Below, piece after piece: positions 60,446 through 64,000 of a stretch of 64,000 nt of DNA (position 1 is its first letter; each line of letters opens with the position of its first letter). Origin of the DNA: Amphiscolops sp. MND2022 (lineage: Eukaryota); NCBI GenBank assembly GCA_964187785.1, contig OZ076419.1, forward strand, positions 7,688,001 to 7,752,000, in the 5' to 3' direction. Under the pieces are notes generated by a model that did no database searches, was not told where the DNA came from, and saw nothing but the letters and a program-made list of their open reading frames with translations. The translations under genes and the position numbers were made by a program.

Positions 60446-62127
60446 TCCTTCGATGAGGATTGTTGAGATCGTTCTGATTTTGGTCTGATTGGTTTTTTGG
60501 CTTGTTTGTATTCTTCTATAATTTTCTTTTGTGCTTCTGTTAGGTTCCATTTCGGTGGGCGGTTTTCCATATTGGCTCCGAAATAACAGTTTTCTTCATC
60601 GTGACCAGGTGTGTTACAGGTGTGGCATTTTTCCGCATCGGGGTCTTCCTCAAGTTTGCGCCGTTTAGCTAATTTGGAGCAGTCAGCCATCATGTGGCCT
60701 GTTTCCTTGCAGTAACGGCATTGATCATTCTTGAGGGTTTTGTCTGGTACTGTTTTTGGAGTATGTTTTTTGGCTTTGTCATTTGGTTTTTTGTTAGTTT
60801 TTTCAGTGATTTGTTCTTTTTTTGTAACAGTCATTTGGGTTTTGACGAGAGGTTCGTCAGCCTCTAGACCATTAAGCTCCATTTCTCGTTCGAGATGTTT
60901 AACAATTTGTTCGTAGGTGCCATTTTCAAGATAGGCGTGATTGATGGACTTTTTAAGATGGGGAGGCATTTTTGCGTAGAGTAGGTTTTCTATCATTTGG
61001 TGGGCGTTCTCCCCAAACGCTTTTTCAGCACTTTCTTGGAGTTCTTCTAAGAAATCCGGGAGTTTTTGGTGTTCTGGGTCAAATGAGAGTCTGTTGAATC
61101 TGTGTTTTGCAGAAGCACTGGACTCTGGTTTGACATATTTCCTGCGAAAGACTTTGAGTATGTCTTCTAGGGTTGTTGTTGGTGTCCTTTGTATGTTTTT
61201 AAATGTTTTGAGGGCTAAACCTCTGAGGTGGGCATGAAAATGGTTAATCTTCATGTCCTCTGTTAGGTTTGGTTGCATTCGAAGTGTTGTGTGAAACAAG
61301 TCTTCGAAGTATTCGAATTTTTCATTTTTCTCATTTTTTCCATTGAAGGTGAGTGTATTTTTGGGATGAAATAGTGATGGTTGTGAGTTTTTGTTCGCCA
61401 ATTTCTCTATTGCAATTGCAATTTGATTCACTGGGTCAGGTGGTTGTGTTGTGAAATTTGGTAAATTGAGGTCTGCGTGGGATCCAATGGTGTCGTTTGA
61501 TTTTTGAGAACTTTGTCTATGGAGTTTTCGGTTGGCTCCTGTCACCATGTGATAATCCTCATCTAGGCTCTCTGCTTCAGACTCATCGTCTGAATGGATA
61601 GTTATGTCTACATCAGATTCAGCTCGAAACAAAGGCTTTGCAGGATGTTTTAGATCCTTCATTTTAGATGCCTTAAGAGGAAAATCTTCGTCTTCAGTTT
61701 CTGAATTTTCATTGTTAGATGCGTGTACTCCTATAGACTTGTTTCCTTTGGATCCTGTAGGTTGCATGTTTCGTGTTTCATCATTTTCAGACCTTGGGTT
61801 TGTTGCTATTGAAGCACTTTTATTTGATTTTATTTCTCTGAGAATGGTTTCAAGTTTATTGTCCATTTCTTCTCTCATTTTCTCTATTCTATCGTTGTTC
61901 TTTTGTTCAAATATTTGGGTCCAAGCTTGGATCTCAGTGCTGATTTGACTGGGTTCGACCAATTGTACTCCTATGTTGTTTTCACCTAAATTTTCTTGGA
62001 CAACAGTATCAGGATTAGTTAAAGTTATATTACCTGTATTTGGCGTTTCGACTTGGGTCCTTTCTACACTTCTCTCTGGGGAAGGAGTTTCTAGTCTCCT
62101 GGACCGTCTATTTCGTCTATTTCCCAT
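60436..62127 (-). CDS. gag: Gag of element B (563 aa, two CCHC knuckles), N-terminal 193 aa encoded in the LTR
   Basis: Capsid-like FxGxxEKFEYF...LRGLAL; knuckles CRYCKETGHMMADC and CHTCNTPGHDEENC. Confidence 0.93.
   Translation of the reverse strand: MGNRRNRRSRRLETPSPERSVERTQVETPNTGNITLTNPDTVVQENLGENNIGVQLVEPSQISTEIQAWTQIFEQKNNDRIEKMREEMDNKLETILREIKSNKSASIATNPRSENDETRNMQPTGSKGNKSIGVHASNNENSETEDEDFPLKASKMKDLKHPAKPLFRAESDVDITIHSDDESEAESLDEDYHMVTGANRKLHRQSSQKSNDTIGSHADLNLPNFTTQPPDPVNQIAIAIEKLANKNSQPSLFHPKNTLTFNGKNEKNEKFEYFEDLFHTTLRMQPNLTEDMKINHFHAHLRGLALKTFKNIQRTPTTTLEDILKVFRRKYVKPESSASAKHRFNRLSFDPEHQKLPDFLEELQESAEKAFGENAHQMIENLLYAKMPPHLKKSINHAYLENGTYEQIVKHLEREMELNGLEADEPLVKTQMTVTKKEQITEKTNKKPNDKAKKHTPKTVPDKTLKNDQCRYCKETGHMMADCSKLAKRRKLEEDPDAEKCHTCNTPGHDEENCYFGANMENRPPKWNLTEAQKKIIEEYKQAKKPIRPKSERSQQSSSKDLN
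60439..60445 (-). promoter_or_regulatory. -1 ribosomal frameshift slippery site UUUAAAC
   Basis: GAT TTA AAC TAG at the gag end; the -1 frame continues FKLETPR into pol. Confidence 0.75.
61536..61547 (-). promoter_or_regulatory. PBS of element B (possibly tRNA-Leu)
   Basis: TGGTGACAGGAG after LTR end ...TATCACA; one mismatch to the TGGTGTCAGGAG expected for vertebrate tRNA-Leu(CAG). Confidence 0.75.
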
Positions 62128-63068
62128 CTCGTCTCAAGTGAAAATGTTTTCTGGCTTTTGGGGAAGAATTTGAATTGACTTTAATATCTCAAAAGAACAA
62201 GATCGGAGGGTTTACAAAGATGAAATCGAAGAGGTTTACAATCATTTGAAAAGCAACTGCTTTTGATGAAAGACAAATCTTGAATGAATTCTCCCAATTA
62301 TATTACAAAACGAAATATATTTAAAAATCATGACACCCCTTTTTATTAGAATCATCATGAAAACCAGCACAAAAATAGAATTGCGTCAAATGACATCATA
62401 TTATAAAAATAGCACATTTACATGACATCATGGGAAGTGGTTATGGACAAGAAACTGCAAAACCCTGGAAAATATCTCAAAACAACTTCTAAATATGGCT
62501 GAAAACACTTTCTAAATGCTATTATAACGCGTCCTGGGATCATTTAATGAGTCCTGCGAGAACCGCATAATGACGTATAATCGTTTTTATTCAAACCGTA
62601 GGATGCCGCATAATGTTATCATAAAAGACGTATAATGCCGTATATACATCTCACCTCAAAACGCATAATACCGCATAATGGTATTACCAAAAACGTATGG
62701 TGACGAGTATACATCACACCTCGATCCGCATAGTACCGTATAATAGTACTATGCTAAAGCACAAATTATTACGATGATGAGTCAGAAACTTGCAAGTTAT
62801 ACTATTAGACGGCTAGATAACTCATTGTTTAATCAACATAAGGACTCTTAATGGAAAGACAGGGTTTGTTAGCACAACAATGAAAGTTCTTTCATGACAA
62901 ATATAGTATAAATATCGTGTTTACATGACCTTTTAAAGAAAACAATGCACAAGAAAACACACTATCAGCGGGTCCACATGAGTTCGAAAGAGTTTATTTA
63001 AGGGGTACTGTTGCTTGTTCCTTTCTAGAGTTGCACCACGGAGCCATCACATCTTGGTGGGTGTGACA
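61548..63068 (-). repeat. 5' LTR of element B
   Basis: Direct repeat of 46896-48416. Confidence 0.96.
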
Positions 63069-63700
63069 GCTCATCATTCAACTCATTTACTTTTTATGAT
63101 TGCAAGGAAATACCCCCCCCATTTTTAATGCATTTATCAAACTAATGGCGCGAAGCGGAAATCCAGTGCATCATTTTTGCAGTATAATTCCAGATGTTCG
63201 TTTTCCTGTTTCTTGTATCTTTTTGTGGGAGACCATTTATCAAGGATATCAAAATTGTTTCCTATTTGAGATATTGAGATAAAGAATAATTCAGAAGTTC
63301 GAGTAAATGAAATTCAAATACACTACTTATTTTGTTGCCTGTGCCTCCCTCCTGTAGTATGGAGTCGAACACATTGCTCCGTGATAGCTTCTTCGTGGTT
63401 CCAGTGCTGTTCACACTTTTTTTCGTGGTATTGAACCAAAAAATAACAGGGTTAGGGAGGTTTTTGAAGAGTTAGGTAGTAGTAAACTACAACTAAAAGA
63501 AGACAAACGCAAAATAGTGAAAACTAAATCGAATGGCTCGGATTTAACATTTCAGAAAACGGAGTACAGCCACTTAACGAAAAAAATATAAGGTATATCT
63601 GAAGAAATGAAACCAAGCACTTGAGATCCTACCTCGGAGCAATGAAACAACAAGCAGGTATTTCAATAAGGTTACAAAAATGTTTTCTCAATTGCTTCAG

Positions 63701-63909
63701 GGTGTGTCGATGTAGTGGATTGTTTAACCCAAGAACAGTACATGGACCAGTTCTCATCCCAGTCTGAAGAATGCAGTGACTCATCTTACGTGTGGCTGTG
63801 TGAGAATGCAGTGGAACTCAAGTACATGTTTCCGGTGATAGGAAAACCCAAGATATGGAAGCTAGACCCTGATAAACACAAGGCCGCCAAGAAGAGCTTG
63901 AAACTTTGA
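63701..63909 (+). CDS. TRIP4: TRIP4/ASC-1 last coding exon (ASCH C-half)
   Basis: GCVDVVDCLTQEQY...FPVIGKPKIWKLD...AAKKSL* resembles GCVDLIDCLSQKQF...FPIKGNPKIWKLD...GAKKGL. Phase 1 joins to 43433. Confidence 0.96.
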
Positions 63910-64000
63910 TTGCTCACTCATTTATTTATAATATTAATATTCTCTCATTACCACCTCATTTGGGTTGAATTTATTTCGAGTTGAATGTATGTGCATATGA

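Larger units (their letters stand above)
46896..63068 (-). mobile_element. Ty3/Gypsy element B (16.2 kb), very young
   Basis: 1521-bp direct repeats with TG...CA ends and 5-bp TSD GCTCA (46891-95, 63069-73). PBS, PPT and gag-pol. Confidence 0.97.

Overview
AT-rich eukaryotic (invertebrate-like) DNA; there are no operons or CRISPR arrays, and the ORF track's TTG/GTG starts are not necessarily real starts. Host genes: seven exons of a TRIP4/ASC-1 orthologue on + (15876-63909, 5' exons not found) and two exons of an F-type lectin gene on - (1576-2620). Two ~20 kb TRIP4 introns each hold a full-length Ty3/Gypsy LTR retrotransposon with a 5-bp TSD. Element A (17800-35355, +) is decayed and has gag-pol and a class-I-fusion env. 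Between integrase and env it carries an ANTISENSE ORF that aligns, by eye, with the JmjC (KDM2/KDM7-type) histone-demethylase active site; this is the top finding. Element B (46896-63068, -) looks very young, with apparently identical 1521-bp LTRs. It carries an antisense six-exon gene (~1080 aa) resembling a catalytically dead hAT transposase with a zinc finger, a sense ORF3 running into the 3' LTR, arrays of a CCGCATA motif, and a gag frame that starts 193 codons inside the LTR. Also present: an intact Tc1 (DD34E), hAT deletion derivatives and MITEs, a piggyBac MITE, a 341-bp Polinton-like mini element, Helentron-type non-autonomous elements (including a tandem dimer inside the 5' LTR of A), SINE-like repeats, degenerate coding remnants and a 200-N gap. 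All alignments were made by eye against remembered family motifs; no database searches were run.
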